This document shows, piece by piece, positions 47,701 to 58,542 of a stretch of DNA of 64,000 nt. Each line of letters begins with the position of its first letter. Position 1 is the first letter of the stretch. Position numbers and translations under genes: made by a program. The DNA is taken from contig OZ037770.1 of assembly GCA_964035545.1 (NCBI GenBank), positions 7,942,973-8,006,972 on the forward strand. The letters run 5' to 3'. This DNA is from Bugula neritina. Taxonomy: Eukaryota > Animalia > Bryozoa. Below the pieces are notes generated by a model. It saw only the letters and a program-made list of their open reading frames with translations, did not search any database and was not told the origin of the DNA.

Positions 47701-50700
47701 AACCAACACAAACACTAAGTAAACCAGTCAAGTCACCCTGTAAATTGCAATATGAACTCTACAAACTAATGAGACTAACAACTAATAAACTAATCTACCA
47801 AGCAATAAAGAATTTAATGAGTCACTGTGACCCCATATCTATCAGGAGGTTTCCTGTTTCTCAAAGGCCTATCAGTAACAGCAATAGCCTGACTCGAAGT
47901 TGGAGTCAGTGGCTTGACATCTGACACATTTCTGCGTTTCTCAACACCTTCTTTAGACTGGACTACGACCTCTGACCCTTGTTTGCTAACAACCTGTTGA
48001 GACTCCGGATCATATGTTGCACTGAGCTTGTCAGTTTTATTCTGACGAATCAAGACTTCATCTCCTACACTGACATCGGGCATATGAGCCTGATTACTTA
48101 AGTAGCTCTTACTCTTCTCCTGTGCAACTGCTTGGCGGTCTCGTACCTCTTCATCTAGTCTGTTTGACTTCTCTAAGCAAGGAAGCTTCGTTTGGAGTTT
48201 TCTCCCCAACATGAGTTCTGCAGGAGAAACACCAGTAACAGAGTGTGGTGTTGAACGATAACTTAGCAGAAATTTTCTCAACTCAGCTTTATGGTCTTTG
48301 CCTGAAATGTGAGCTATCTTGAGTGCTTTCAATAGGCTCCTATTTTGTCTCTCCACTTCACCATTGGCAGCCGGCCACATTGGTGTGGTGGACATCCAGA
48401 ATACCCCATATTCATTTAGAAATTCCTGAAATGATTGACTAACAAACTGTGGTCCATTGTCAGTTCTAATACTTGATGGAACTCCCCATCTACAGAACAT
48501 AGCTTCAATAGCTTCAACTATTTTTGTAGCAACTGTTGACCTCAGAAATGCTACCTCAAAATAACGACTGTAATAGTCAACCACTACGAGAATACTCTCT
48601 CCATTGGGTAATGGACCCAGTAAATCACAAGCAATGTGTTCCCATGGCTTGTCTGGCATTTTTGTACTGGACATGGGTGGTGGTCTGCTCGGTGCACTGA
48701 CAAGCTGGCACTCATAGCAACCTTTACAAAACCTCTCTACGTCCTGATCCATGCCTGGCCACCACAATTTTGTACGCAACAACTGTTTTGTCTTACTTGT
48801 ACCCTGGTGACCCTCATGAGCCAACTCCACTGCTACTGACCTTAATGACACAGGCATTACAATCCTATTGCCCCTCATGACTACTCCTTCAACTTCAGCT
48901 AGTTCAGTCATGACAGCTTTGTATGCAGGAAGGCAGTTTGACCATAGGCCACTGATTAGTGACTTTCTAACCTGGTCCATCTCCAAACATTTAGCAGCAG
49001 CCTTTTTAATTTCATTAAAACTCATTGCCTTGGGCACTGACAGTTTAGCTATCATCATTACATACTCATCAGCAACATTATTCACATTATAAGGGGTATG
49101 CTCATCAACTGACAAACGAGACAGTGGGTCAGCTATGTTCATTGACCCCGGCTTGTAGACCACCTCATAGTCAAATGCTTGTAGCCTAAGCACCCAGCGT
49201 TCAATCCTAGCTGATGGTTTTGAGTTTACACGATTGAAAATAAATTCCAACGGTTTATGATCAGTCACTAACCTAAACTTAGTTCCAATCAAGTATATGG
49301 CAAAGTGTTCACAGCCCCATACTATAGCTAAAGCTTCCCTCTCAGTCTGAGAGTATCTGCGCTCCACGGCTGACAAACTGCGATGCCCATATGCAACAAC
49401 TCTCTCACAACTACCAACACGTTGACTTAGAACAGCACCTAAACCATACGGACTAGCATCAACTGTAACAGTTGTCTCAGCATTTGGGTTGAAATAAGCT
49501 AGTGTTTTGCTCTGAGCCATCATAGATTTGATTTTATCAAAGGCAGCTTGCTGCTCACTAGACCACTGAAACTTACTTGCTTTCTTTACTAACCTCAGCA
49601 GAGGCTCAGCATGTGTAGATAAATTAGGAATGAATTTACCCACAAAGTTCACAAGACCTAGGAAACTACGCAGCTCTGTAACATCCTTTGGGACCCTAGC
49701 TTGTACAATTGCTTTGACTTTCTTGTCACTTACTGATATACCTTTGTCCGAAATATCATAGCCTACATAAGTGATCTTGCTACAGCCAAATTTGCACTTT
49801 TCAGCATTTAATGTCAACCCTAGTTTACTCATGCGCTTGAGAAATGCTCCAAGCCTAGCATCGTGCTCTTGTTTGTTACTGCCATATATAACAATATCAT
49901 CAGCATAATTTTGGCAACCCTCCAAATCTGCTATAGATCTCTGTATGTGATACTGATAAACTTCACTAGCAGATGCTACCCCAAAATTAAGCTTCTTATA
50001 TCTGAATACCCCAAATGGTGTGGCAAATGTTGTAATAGCCCTAGAGGCTTCATCAAGTTCTAACTGATGGTAACCAAGTTTTAAATCTGCTTTGCTAAAA
50101 ACTTTAGCACCATTGAGATTGTACATCAGCTCTTTGACTGTAGGAATTGGATGCCTTTCCCTAATTATTGCTTTATTAGCTTGTCTCATGTCTACACATA
50201 AACGTATATCATTACCATCCTTAGGCACAGTGACAATAGGACTAACCCAAGGTGTAGGACCCTCAACTCGCTCAATAATATCGGCAGCAAGCAATTCATC
50301 AATTTTAGCCTTAGCTTTATTCCTATGACCAAATGGCATGCGTCTTACTGGTTGAGCAACTGGCTTGACATTAGGATCTATGTGTAAAGAGACCTGCAAA
50401 TCCTTCAACAAACCAACACCCGCAAAGCACTCAGGAAACATATCCAACCACGACTGCCCATCACCGCTAGCAAGATCCGATGAAGCAAAGTGAACCCCCT
50501 CACCTACAGGACCAACCCTCAGCACACCCAACTGCTCAGATGTACTTTTACATAACAATGTAGTAGCAGTACCATTAAATATGTAAAACTTAGCATGCAC
50601 ACATTTACCAGTAGAAGGCACAAAAACATTTACATCAGTTTCACCTATCAAGTCTAAGCATGCAGATTTGTTACCATAAGCAAATAATTGTTTGGTTGTT

Positions 50701-53420
50701 GGTTTTACTACACAACCTACTAATTTAGCAGTATTTCTATCTAATAAATTGCTAGAAGCTCCTGAGTCAATTAGTACAGATAAATTGGTATTGTTCACCT
50801 GAACTGAGAGCTTAGCTGACCTTGCTGCATTGATGTTGAACATCTCACCTCCAGTATTGTCACTAACAGTAAACAAGGCTTCAATATCATCCTCAGTATC
50901 AGCAGTATACTTCTTAGCACTATTATCCATAGAGTTTATCTGTCCCTTAGCTCCTCTGCAAAACTTGGCCCCGGCAAAATGTCCTTTCTTGCCACATGAT
51001 CTACACATCTTTGTGCGAGCTGGGCATTCCTCTGAAGAGGCTACATGCCTTGTAGATTTGCACCTGAAACAGCTCTTTTCCTTTGACGTATAATGTGTGT
51101 CTTTCTTGTGTGGTTTACTTCTGCCATTCCTTACATTATTTACAGCAGCTCCAGAGCTATGAATGTCCGCACTTTGCATACTGACAGCTTCCTCCGTTTG
51201 AGAAATAGAAATTACATGGGCCAGTGTCAACTCTGAGCCTCTCTCTAGTAATTTCCTACGTAGATGACTAGACTTACATTTTTCAATTACCTGATCTCTA
51301 ATTACATTGTCCACATCGTCATATTCGCAGGTAATAGCAAGCTGTCGTAGTCTTGTGATGTAGTTTGTGATTGTCTCCCCACTCGTCAGCTCTGTTCTAC
51401 GAAAAACTGACCTTTCATAGGGAATGTTCGTCTTGGGTGTAAAGTGAGTATCTAGTGCTGCCATAGCCCTGGCATATTCATTAGCACCCTCTCCAGCTGG
51501 CAGTACTTCAAATATGTCTTGCACTTCTTCGCCAGCCATGTTTAATAGCAGTGCCTTTTTCTGAGCAGCATTTGTAACCCCTCTCCCTACAACAAAGTAC
51601 TCAAACGCCCTCTTCCACTTCTTCCACCTCGATCCAACAGTCAGGGGATCTGTAGACACAGAAAAAGTCCTCACGTTGCTTGTACTAGTGTCCAGAGAGA
51701 CAGCCATGGTTAGAAATTGCCCAGAGTAGTAATATTCCAGTTGTAAGTAATATAGTTTATATTCTCGTCGCCATTGTAACAATGTGGATTTCGTGTAAAG
51801 GGAGAGTAAAAGTTTATTCTGCACTGCTTGCACTCGCTATAACAACTGACTGCTTTACAATCAAGCACTAATAATATTGCACTCAAAACCATGACTAATA
51901 AAATAAGTACATTAACCTTTCACACATAATTGGTAAAACAGATGTGGACACTTAGCCAGGATACAACAGCGGGGGTGGGGCATTGTCTATAGAAATGCAA
52001 CCACTGTTATAATGTGTTCAGTCTGCATTATAAATCCTCAACCCTGTACAACTGGCATGGTCTCACAACATACTGTTGTGGGGTGGGGGGTAGGGGGGGG
52101 CAACATAAACAGTGTAACGGTAAAACTTTGAAAGAGTACCTTGAAGGAATCTTTAAGGACCAGGAAATCTTTGCAGACTACAAAATAAAATAAAATGAAA
52201 TAAAATAAGAGTTTGGAAAGAGAATACTGTTAGACAATAGACACTCATTAATTTATAGGACGACTGAGTTACTATATGATGATTAGATTAGTCTATGGGT
52301 CATAAATTTTAATTTATATTTTAGTACACATCAGCAAGTTAAAACCAAAACTTAGAGTTTCCTCAAAAGTCAAGAAAATTTACTATAAGATGGTGATGAA
52401 GGTTTTTTCATCAGGGTCAGCAAATTCCGCAAATTAGGAATTTAAAACATAAGATATTAAGCAAAATTAAAAAGAAAATTGATTATTTAATTGTATTTGT
52501 CAATATTTTATTAGTTTAGGGCAATCATCTATATGCAGTAGAAGCGAAATCGTGAAAAATAGCTAAGAACTAGAGATATAGAACGTATACTAATTAGGTA
52601 AGATGACCAATATGATGATTGAGTTAATCTATGGTGACTGAGGTACTATATGATGATTAGGTTAATATTTTCAGCTGATGATAATGCACAGGTAAGGAAA
52701 GGTGGTACCTTGCTAATTATGTCTGACCATAACCATCCAGATATCATATTTTCACCTCCGCAAATGAGAAAGTCATCATGTGTCATAATGCTGTATATGC
52801 TGTAGTCACTGGCTAAAATATTGTATTCCAATGCTGTATTTACTGTGGTGAATATCAAAAATATTGTGCTATAACGCTGTAGAAAAAGTATATAACACCT
52901 ACCTAGACCAGCTAACAAAATTCCAAGTTAAGCTATTGAAACATGTAAGTTGATAAACAAATACGGACACAACAGTAATAAATTATAACTTATGAGTAAC
53001 AATGCAAAATATAGGAGATCAAATAATGTACCATTCAAATTAATAGTCAATGTGCTATTAACTGTTGTGACCTCAGCATAGCAGATAAGATGAAATATTG
53101 TATACCTTTGAAAAAGTAATGTGGATGTAAGTTGATCTTCTTTGAATTAGAACTCAGTGCATCAGACAGCCTGTAACAATTTGGCAAACGGTCACTCGAC
53201 AACTCAAAGAACTATTGCAATGTAAAACAGGAGATGTGAATTATACATTCGTATATATCATTACCACCTACCTGTAGACAGTGACATAGCCCAGGTTGTC
53301 ACAAACAGCTAAAAAGTTACCACATCTAGAAAAAGACTGACCAAACACTGTGGTGTGCACTCTTTCCAGAGGTGTTCGGCTTTGTCTCATTTCTAGGCCA
53401 CTTTTGTCAGTTGGTGGCAT
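41800..53420 (-). CDS. THOC6: THO complex subunit 6 (WD40). Exons 53272-53420, 53106-53170, 52709-52812, 52140-52177, 46593-46638, 46188-46259, 44936-45035, 44422-44540, 43820-43933, 43082-43210, 41800-41880
   Basis: All GT-AG and phase-compatible. Peptides RVHTTVFGQSFSRCGNFLA, GHTDVI...LLSASEDGTVRIWD, RPDVGKW, CGGAPHLSLW, QWNINGECKTQVP and LTVAGAGHKVD..NFGY match THOC6 as I recall it. Confidence 0.92.
41885..42160. repeat. 38-bp minisatellite, about 7 copies, abutting the last THOC6 acceptor
   Basis: Unit TGTAGAACAACTCCAACACAATGTATAACATAGAGCRG. Confidence 0.95.
42166..42542. mobile_element. PIF/Harbinger-type MITE
   Basis: Imperfect ~38-bp TIRs AGGCCTGG...CCAGGCCT with 3-bp TAA on both sides. 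Confidence 0.75.
43298..43828. repeat. 53-bp minisatellite, about 10 copies, overlapping a THOC6 splice donor
   Basis: Unit CTGGATAGTATTAGTGGTATATGATGTTATATAATAATACACTACCATGTCAT. Confidence 0.95.
45295..45618. mobile_element. hAT-like MITE with internal GTAATT repeats
   Basis: CAAGGTTGGGGTAATT / AATTGACCACAACCCTG ends; flanks ATATATAC / ATACATAC (7 of 8 match). Confidence 0.65.
47156..51968 (-). mobile_element. Intact Ty3/Gypsy (Mag-like) LTR retrotransposon D in THOC6 intron 4; 194-bp LTRs at 47156-47349 and 51775-51968
   Basis: LTRs identical by eye; 5-bp TSD GCGGG; PBS TGGCGACGAG (tRNA-Ser GCU-like); PPT AAGAAAGAAAGGG. Confidence 0.97.
47814..51707 (-). CDS. Single gag-pol polyprotein (~1297 aa), uninterrupted
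   Basis: Two zinc knuckles (CFRC..H..C, CRSC..GH..C), LIDSGA, YADD, VDAS, HEGH/C..C, DLLGP, TDNGP, VERQN. Confidence 0.96.
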   Translation of the reverse strand: MAVSLDTSTSNVRTFSVSTDPLTVGSRWKKWKRAFEYFVVGRGVTNAAQKKALLLNMAGEEVQDIFEVLPAGEGANEYARAMAALDTHFTPKTNIPYERSVFRRTELTSGETITNYITRLRQLAITCEYDDVDNVIRDQVIEKCKSSHLRRKLLERGSELTLAHVISISQTEEAVSMQSADIHSSGAAVNNVRNGRSKPHKKDTHYTSKEKSCFRCKSTRHVASSEECPARTKMCRSCGKKGHFAGAKFCRGAKGQINSMDNSAKKYTADTEDDIEALFTVSDNTGGEMFNINAARSAKLSVQVNNTNLSVLIDSGASSNLLDRNTAKLVGCVVKPTTKQLFAYGNKSACLDLIGETDVNVFVPSTGKCVHAKFYIFNGTATTLLCKSTSEQLGVLRVGPVGEGVHFASSDLASGDGQSWLDMFPECFAGVGLLKDLQVSLHIDPNVKPVAQPVRRMPFGHRNKAKAKIDELLAADIIERVEGPTPWVSPIVTVPKDGNDIRLCVDMRQANKAIIRERHPIPTVKELMYNLNGAKVFSKADLKLGYHQLELDEASRAITTFATPFGVFRYKKLNFGVASASEVYQYHIQRSIADLEGCQNYADDIVIYGSNKQEHDARLGAFLKRMSKLGLTLNAEKCKFGCSKITYVGYDISDKGISVSDKKVKAIVQARVPKDVTELRSFLGLVNFVGKFIPNLSTHAEPLLRLVKKASKFQWSSEQQAAFDKIKSMMAQSKTLAYFNPNAETTVTVDASPYGLGAVLSQRVGSCERVVAYGHRSLSAVERRYSQTEREALAIVWGCEHFAIYLIGTKFRLVTDHKPLEFIFNRVNSKPSARIERWVLRLQAFDYEVVYKPGSMNIADPLSRLSVDEHTPYNVNNVADEYVMMIAKLSVPKAMSFNEIKKAAAKCLEMDQVRKSLISGLWSNCLPAYKAVMTELAEVEGVVMRGNRIVMPVSLRSVAVELAHEGHQGTSKTKQLLRTKLWWPGMDQDVERFCKGCYECQLVSAPSRPPPMSSTKMPDKPWEHIACDLLGPLPNGESILVVVDYYSRYFEVAFLRSTVATKIVEAIEAMFCRWGVPSSIRTDNGPQFVSQSFQEFLNEYGVFWMSTTPMWPAANGEVERQNRSLLKALKIAHISGKDHKAELRKFLLSYRSTPHSVTGVSPAELMLGRKLQTKLPCLEKSNRLDEEVRDRQAVAQEKSKSYLSNQAHMPDVSVGDEVLIRQNKTDKLSATYDPESQQVVSKQGSEVVVQSKEGVEKRRNVSDVKPLTPTSSQAIAVTDRPLRNRKPPDRYGVTVTH

Positions 53421-55979
53421 ATTTGAACTAAAAAGATATTTGGAAATTTGTAAAACAACAGATTAATACAGTTAACCAAATTTGTGGGCCTATAGTTGTA
53501 AAGCTAGCCACACTAAACTGTAGAAGTTCAATTTCAATAACCGATGACTTTACCATAAAATAAAATTTGTAATGTCACAATACAACAATTACAAAAATTA
53601 TACAATTATCACCATTTATTTATGTTAATTACAATTATTTTAGGAGTATGAAATCACTAAAATACATTATTAAACAAATATGCACATGTGACATAAAATA
53701 TAAATTTACTGAATGGCAACCAGAACAATAAATTAACAGGAAAAGTTTAACTAAACAGAATAATTATAGTAACATTATAACTGTAAAGCTGCATGCAACT
53801 TTAATTGTAGTAAAACAAAGTACCCAATAATTACTTAAGAACTATTTAGGTCTAATAATTGAAAAATGCATTCTAATAATGCGAATGATGGAAACGCAGA
53901 GAATAGAAGAAGCTGTGGATAAATCAGTTAATCTCAACTTTAGCAAACATGCCATCATGAATTGATCAATCAGTAGAGAAACAGAGTTTGACGACAATAA
54001 GCTTCGGATAGTATCATAAGCCGAGCATTTAGACTTAGGATATATGTGTCATCAAAACAATGTTGCTTCTAGAAAAATCTTTGTGACTTCCCACAGTCTT
54101 GATTTTTGAAATACATCGCATTGCCTTTGTATAGAAGAAAACTACATGTTTTGCCCAGAAACCATTGGTTCAGTTTTGCTATATTTTGCATTATTGTAGT
54201 AACTAGGCTGAGATAGATAGGAGCTATCTCAAAATATGATTTCATCCTAGTTGGACTCTCTGTTAAATCGATGTGTCTCTTTACTCAGTTATTTAAACAG
54301 TGCCACCCAATCTATAGTTTTGTATCCAGATTGAATAGTTTCAAAGACTATGGGTATGACTTATTAGGAAATCTTTTAAAGTCAGTTAGGCTGTAGTGCA
54401 AGATCCTGATAAATTGCTAATTTCTCTGAGTTTTTCTTTTTGACTCAGCAGTCAACAGCTATATCAATAATCTTTGCATCAGCATTATGCCCCATTCAGA
54501 CTACAGTTATTACGCTATTGACTACCAACTTATCAGGTCTCCTTACTTCAACGACTCTTTCTGTGTCTATGCTAAACCATTATTATTACTATAACTATTA
54601 CAATTATTATACATATATTGATCCCTATAAACTTTAAACTTAAAAAAAGATCCAGTAACGCAATTATAATTATTACTAAAAGCAAATAATAATATTTTTA
54701 TTATTAAATATTACTATTACTACCGGTGTTGGTAGTTCCTGTATAAGTAACTATAGAGATTAAACTAAATTTAAATACAATAAATATAACTATTGCTCAT
54801 TTGCTGTCACTACTAGAGTACTACTCTTAGTATTACTAACAGTAATACTAATACTAAGTCTAATAGTAATACTCAATTAAAATTTGATTATCATAATAAT
54901 AATGATATAATTTATAATTATATTCATATTGATAATTATAATGATAATATTAATCACAGATATTGATAATCAATTCATTATAATATTATTATTAATCATA
55001 ATAATAATGATTCTTTTAGACTTAGTTACAGTTAGACTCATAGTATTTCAGTTAGTATTATTAATTTAGTATTACATTAGGTCATTAGTCATTGTGCTTC
55101 TCGCAATCTCGAGCGTGCAAAGGATACAGAGGTAATTATTATAATTATTAATATATATTAGTTATATAATTATTAATATCAATATTTATTTTAATTTACT
55201 TATACTAACTTATAGTTACACGAGTTGTTAATTGGAAACAAATAACAATTATGACAATTTACTGTGATTGCATAAAATCATATTTATATTAGACAACGAA
55301 ATAATGAGGTGTCTGGAATAATCATCAATTTGTATCGAGCAAGAATTAGAATGAATGAATAAAATCATAAATGAACAGCGAACAAAACGAAAGTGAAACT
55401 TTCTAAAGGTGTAACCCATAGAAATATAGTTATAAAGTTTTTTTTCAGTGAATAAGGATTATCCCCCCTTGAAACTGCAAATCATAAATACTTGACCATA
55501 ATTTAATTATTAAAAAATACATATTTTTAATTTTTTTATAAAAAAAAACATAAAAAATACTTTTTAAATTACATTTTTTAGATAAAAGTGTAATCAGCAA
55601 CTTTTCGTAAAATTGCACATTCGCTGCAGTCCTAAATTACAGTTCCCACTCCCACCGCAATGATAATTATATTACTATTATATTTATAATTATTTACCAT
55701 TATTGATTATTTTGCCCTTTAATTTTAACTCTTTGACTTCCACTAACCCCAAAGTCTATTTAAGTTTACCTAGCTTGATTTTGTTGCTCTCACTTTGATA
55801 TTGATTCTAATGAATAATGATAAACCAGCTGTACAACCTGTCGGACCCATCGAGTGATCCATTACTATTACTAATACAATTAGTATTACTATTAGTATTA
55901 GTGTATTATTAAAATAAAAGTAAATATTAAGATAGAATTATGATAAAATTGATTATATGACTGCTCATACAATTACATG

Positions 55980-56954
55980 CGCCTTTTTGCTGATGACACC
56001 CTTGTCTACCAGGAGATAGCCTCATTTTGATTTATAATTGTTGTCATTTAATGACTGCAGCAGGTTCCAACGAAATCTAAATTATCTTGGTGCGTGGTCA
56101 GACAGGTGAGGTATGTCATTCAACATTGCTAAGAGCAAAATAATAAGTTTCAACTCTGTAGGAGATACTCCCAATTACACATTGAATGGGTCAGTCCTAG
56201 ATCATGTAGACTCTACAAAATACTTCGGTGTTACGCTGCAATCAGATTGCAGGTTCAACAATCATATATCAAATGAAATACTAAAAGCTAGAAGACAATT
56301 AGGTATGATTGGCAGAGCTCTCTACTGGGCCCCCAAACGAACTTGGTTGATTGCATACAAAGCCTTTCGTCTACCAAACCTAGAGTATGCTAGCACAGCT
56401 TGGGAGCCAACCTCCAAGAAGGATATTTCTGGCTTAGAAAAGATGCAAGTGGATGCAGTGCGATTCATAGCCAATGTTAAAGGTCGTGAAGATGTCAAAA
56501 GCACCATGAAGAAATTCTGCCTACAACCCCTTAAACAAAACAGGAGAAACAGACGTATTAATATCCTTATGAAAATTCCAGCAAAAGAGTAACATCTAAC
56601 TCTCAGCTCTGCCTATGATAAACTGCTGAACAAACCAACAAACAGCACCATACAGACTCGCTCCCAAGTGAGGGGACAGCCCCGATCAGTGGGTGCTAAC
56701 AGTATCCAGTACCTGAACATTTTTTTCCCAAGGACTATCCGGGACCTGAAAATTAGTCACAACCAAAGCAATAATTCAGAGATCTCTACATAGACACGAT
56801 TAATTTCCTGTTCAGTGAATACAACTCAAACAGTACTAGCTGTGTGACTATTGACCAATGACTGTCCAACACATTACCCATATGCGGCACATCCCTTCCT
56901 CCCCCTAGGGCGGTCCAGTGTGATGAACACTTTGAGTAAGAGTAAGTTTGAGTA
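55980..56954 (+). mobile_element. 5'-truncated, decayed non-LTR retrotransposon (RT C-terminal half, CR1/L2-like)
   Basis: LFADDTLVY, W..MSFNIAKSK, KYFGVTL, YKAF.LPNLEYAS.AWEP, FFPRTIRD; short GAGTAA repeats at the presumed 3' end. Confidence 0.8.
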
Positions 56955-58542
56955 ACATTATCATTATGATTAAGTCTAACTTACAACTTGAAAGCTTTTT
57001 GATTTTCTATTAGTATTACTCTTTGCGTCGCCATTAGTATTAGTATTATATTATTAGTATTAGTTTTGCTCTTAATATTATAATTATAAACTGCCTCACA
57101 CACCAGCAGTGTTCATGTTGGCAAACTTGACAAGTACAGCGTCAACCAAACTGACTGTCAGTCTCAGTGTCAGTGTGACATTGACTGCCTCAGCCTGCAC
57201 CAGCACTGATAGCGACAGCTGTCATTTGTTTTTATTAGTAAAGTCTCCCAAATGTTACTGGTTTACTTTTAGTTTTGGTGTTGAAGATTACACGTGTATT
57301 TAAGGTTCAAGTTAGTTTTATTTTTTATATTCAGTTTCTTGATAAGTGATGGGTGGTAAGACTAAAAGTAAGAGTAAGACTAAGTAAGATATTAAGTCTA
57401 ATAGTGATACTAATAGCTAAACGTTTTGAATTTCAATTTGAAAGAAGCTCAAACTGAAAGTGATTGCATTGCTGTTTCCCATTTGACATTTTTATATTAT
57501 ATAATATCTCCTATTGAGTATCGATATCATTCCAGGTAGACGACCTCCAGTTAGACAACCCCCACTTAGGCGACCCCAAATATTTCAGGAGTTATTAGTT
57601 TAAATGCTGCAGTTAGACGACCTCAAATATTGCTATCAAATACATGTGCAGATATTTAAATATATTTGACTACCTTAAACTTTGAAATTCTTACTTGTAA
57701 CAAGAAATGTTTTTTAAAAACAATTTATTTCAGTAGTTATTAGGTGAGAAATTTGTTGAAATGCTATCAAATATGTGCACTGTTTTATCAACGATATGAT
57801 ATTTAAACGTTGGATTATTTTAAACTTTAAATTATGACTACGAAAGATGGTATGACTGCTGAAATGTGAAATGCAGTTTCTCTATTGAGAAAAGATTTTA
57901 TGGCTCTATAACTTATAAAACCAAAATAAATGCAACAAATATAAAGTTTCATTAATTTTTGTAATTCTTGATATTGTATAAATAAAGTTGTCCAAGTGAA
58001 AGTCATTCAGTTGGGGGCCATTTAGGTGGAATATGGTCGTCTATCTGGAACTAAACCTGAGTACTTGCTATCAGAATTTCACATAATCTCAATATCAATA
58101 TGTTTTGATGTAACAACTCTTTGAGTTTATTGTTTGTTGTAGACTTTTTTGTAACTTTTTTGCATTTTTAATAATAACTATACGTATATCTAAAATAAAT
58201 TTGTTATTATTACAATTATACTGATAATTTGCTGAACAAAAAGATCATCACGTCAATTATTATTTTGACACACATCCGTTATATACCAATCATGTTTATC
58301 CTAGTTTATCAATCAATTGAAAGTAATTCCAAGAACATTTATACTAGCTATTGCAGTTGTTTTCCTTTTCTGTAAGGATAAAAATATTCTTTTAGCTTAG
58401 TTTACAACACAATTATCATAATTAAACTGCTTTATTTCACAACTTAATACTGGAAGGGAGTTGTCTTTTGCACATTTTTGTTTGGATTATTCATAATTTC
58501 GGTTTAAATTAGAGTTTGCTGAGGACCTCCACAATTGCTTGA

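Noticed and set aside
57530-58050. Inverted TTCCAGRTAGACGACC motifs, possible MITE
   Set aside because: Termini and TSD could not be defined.
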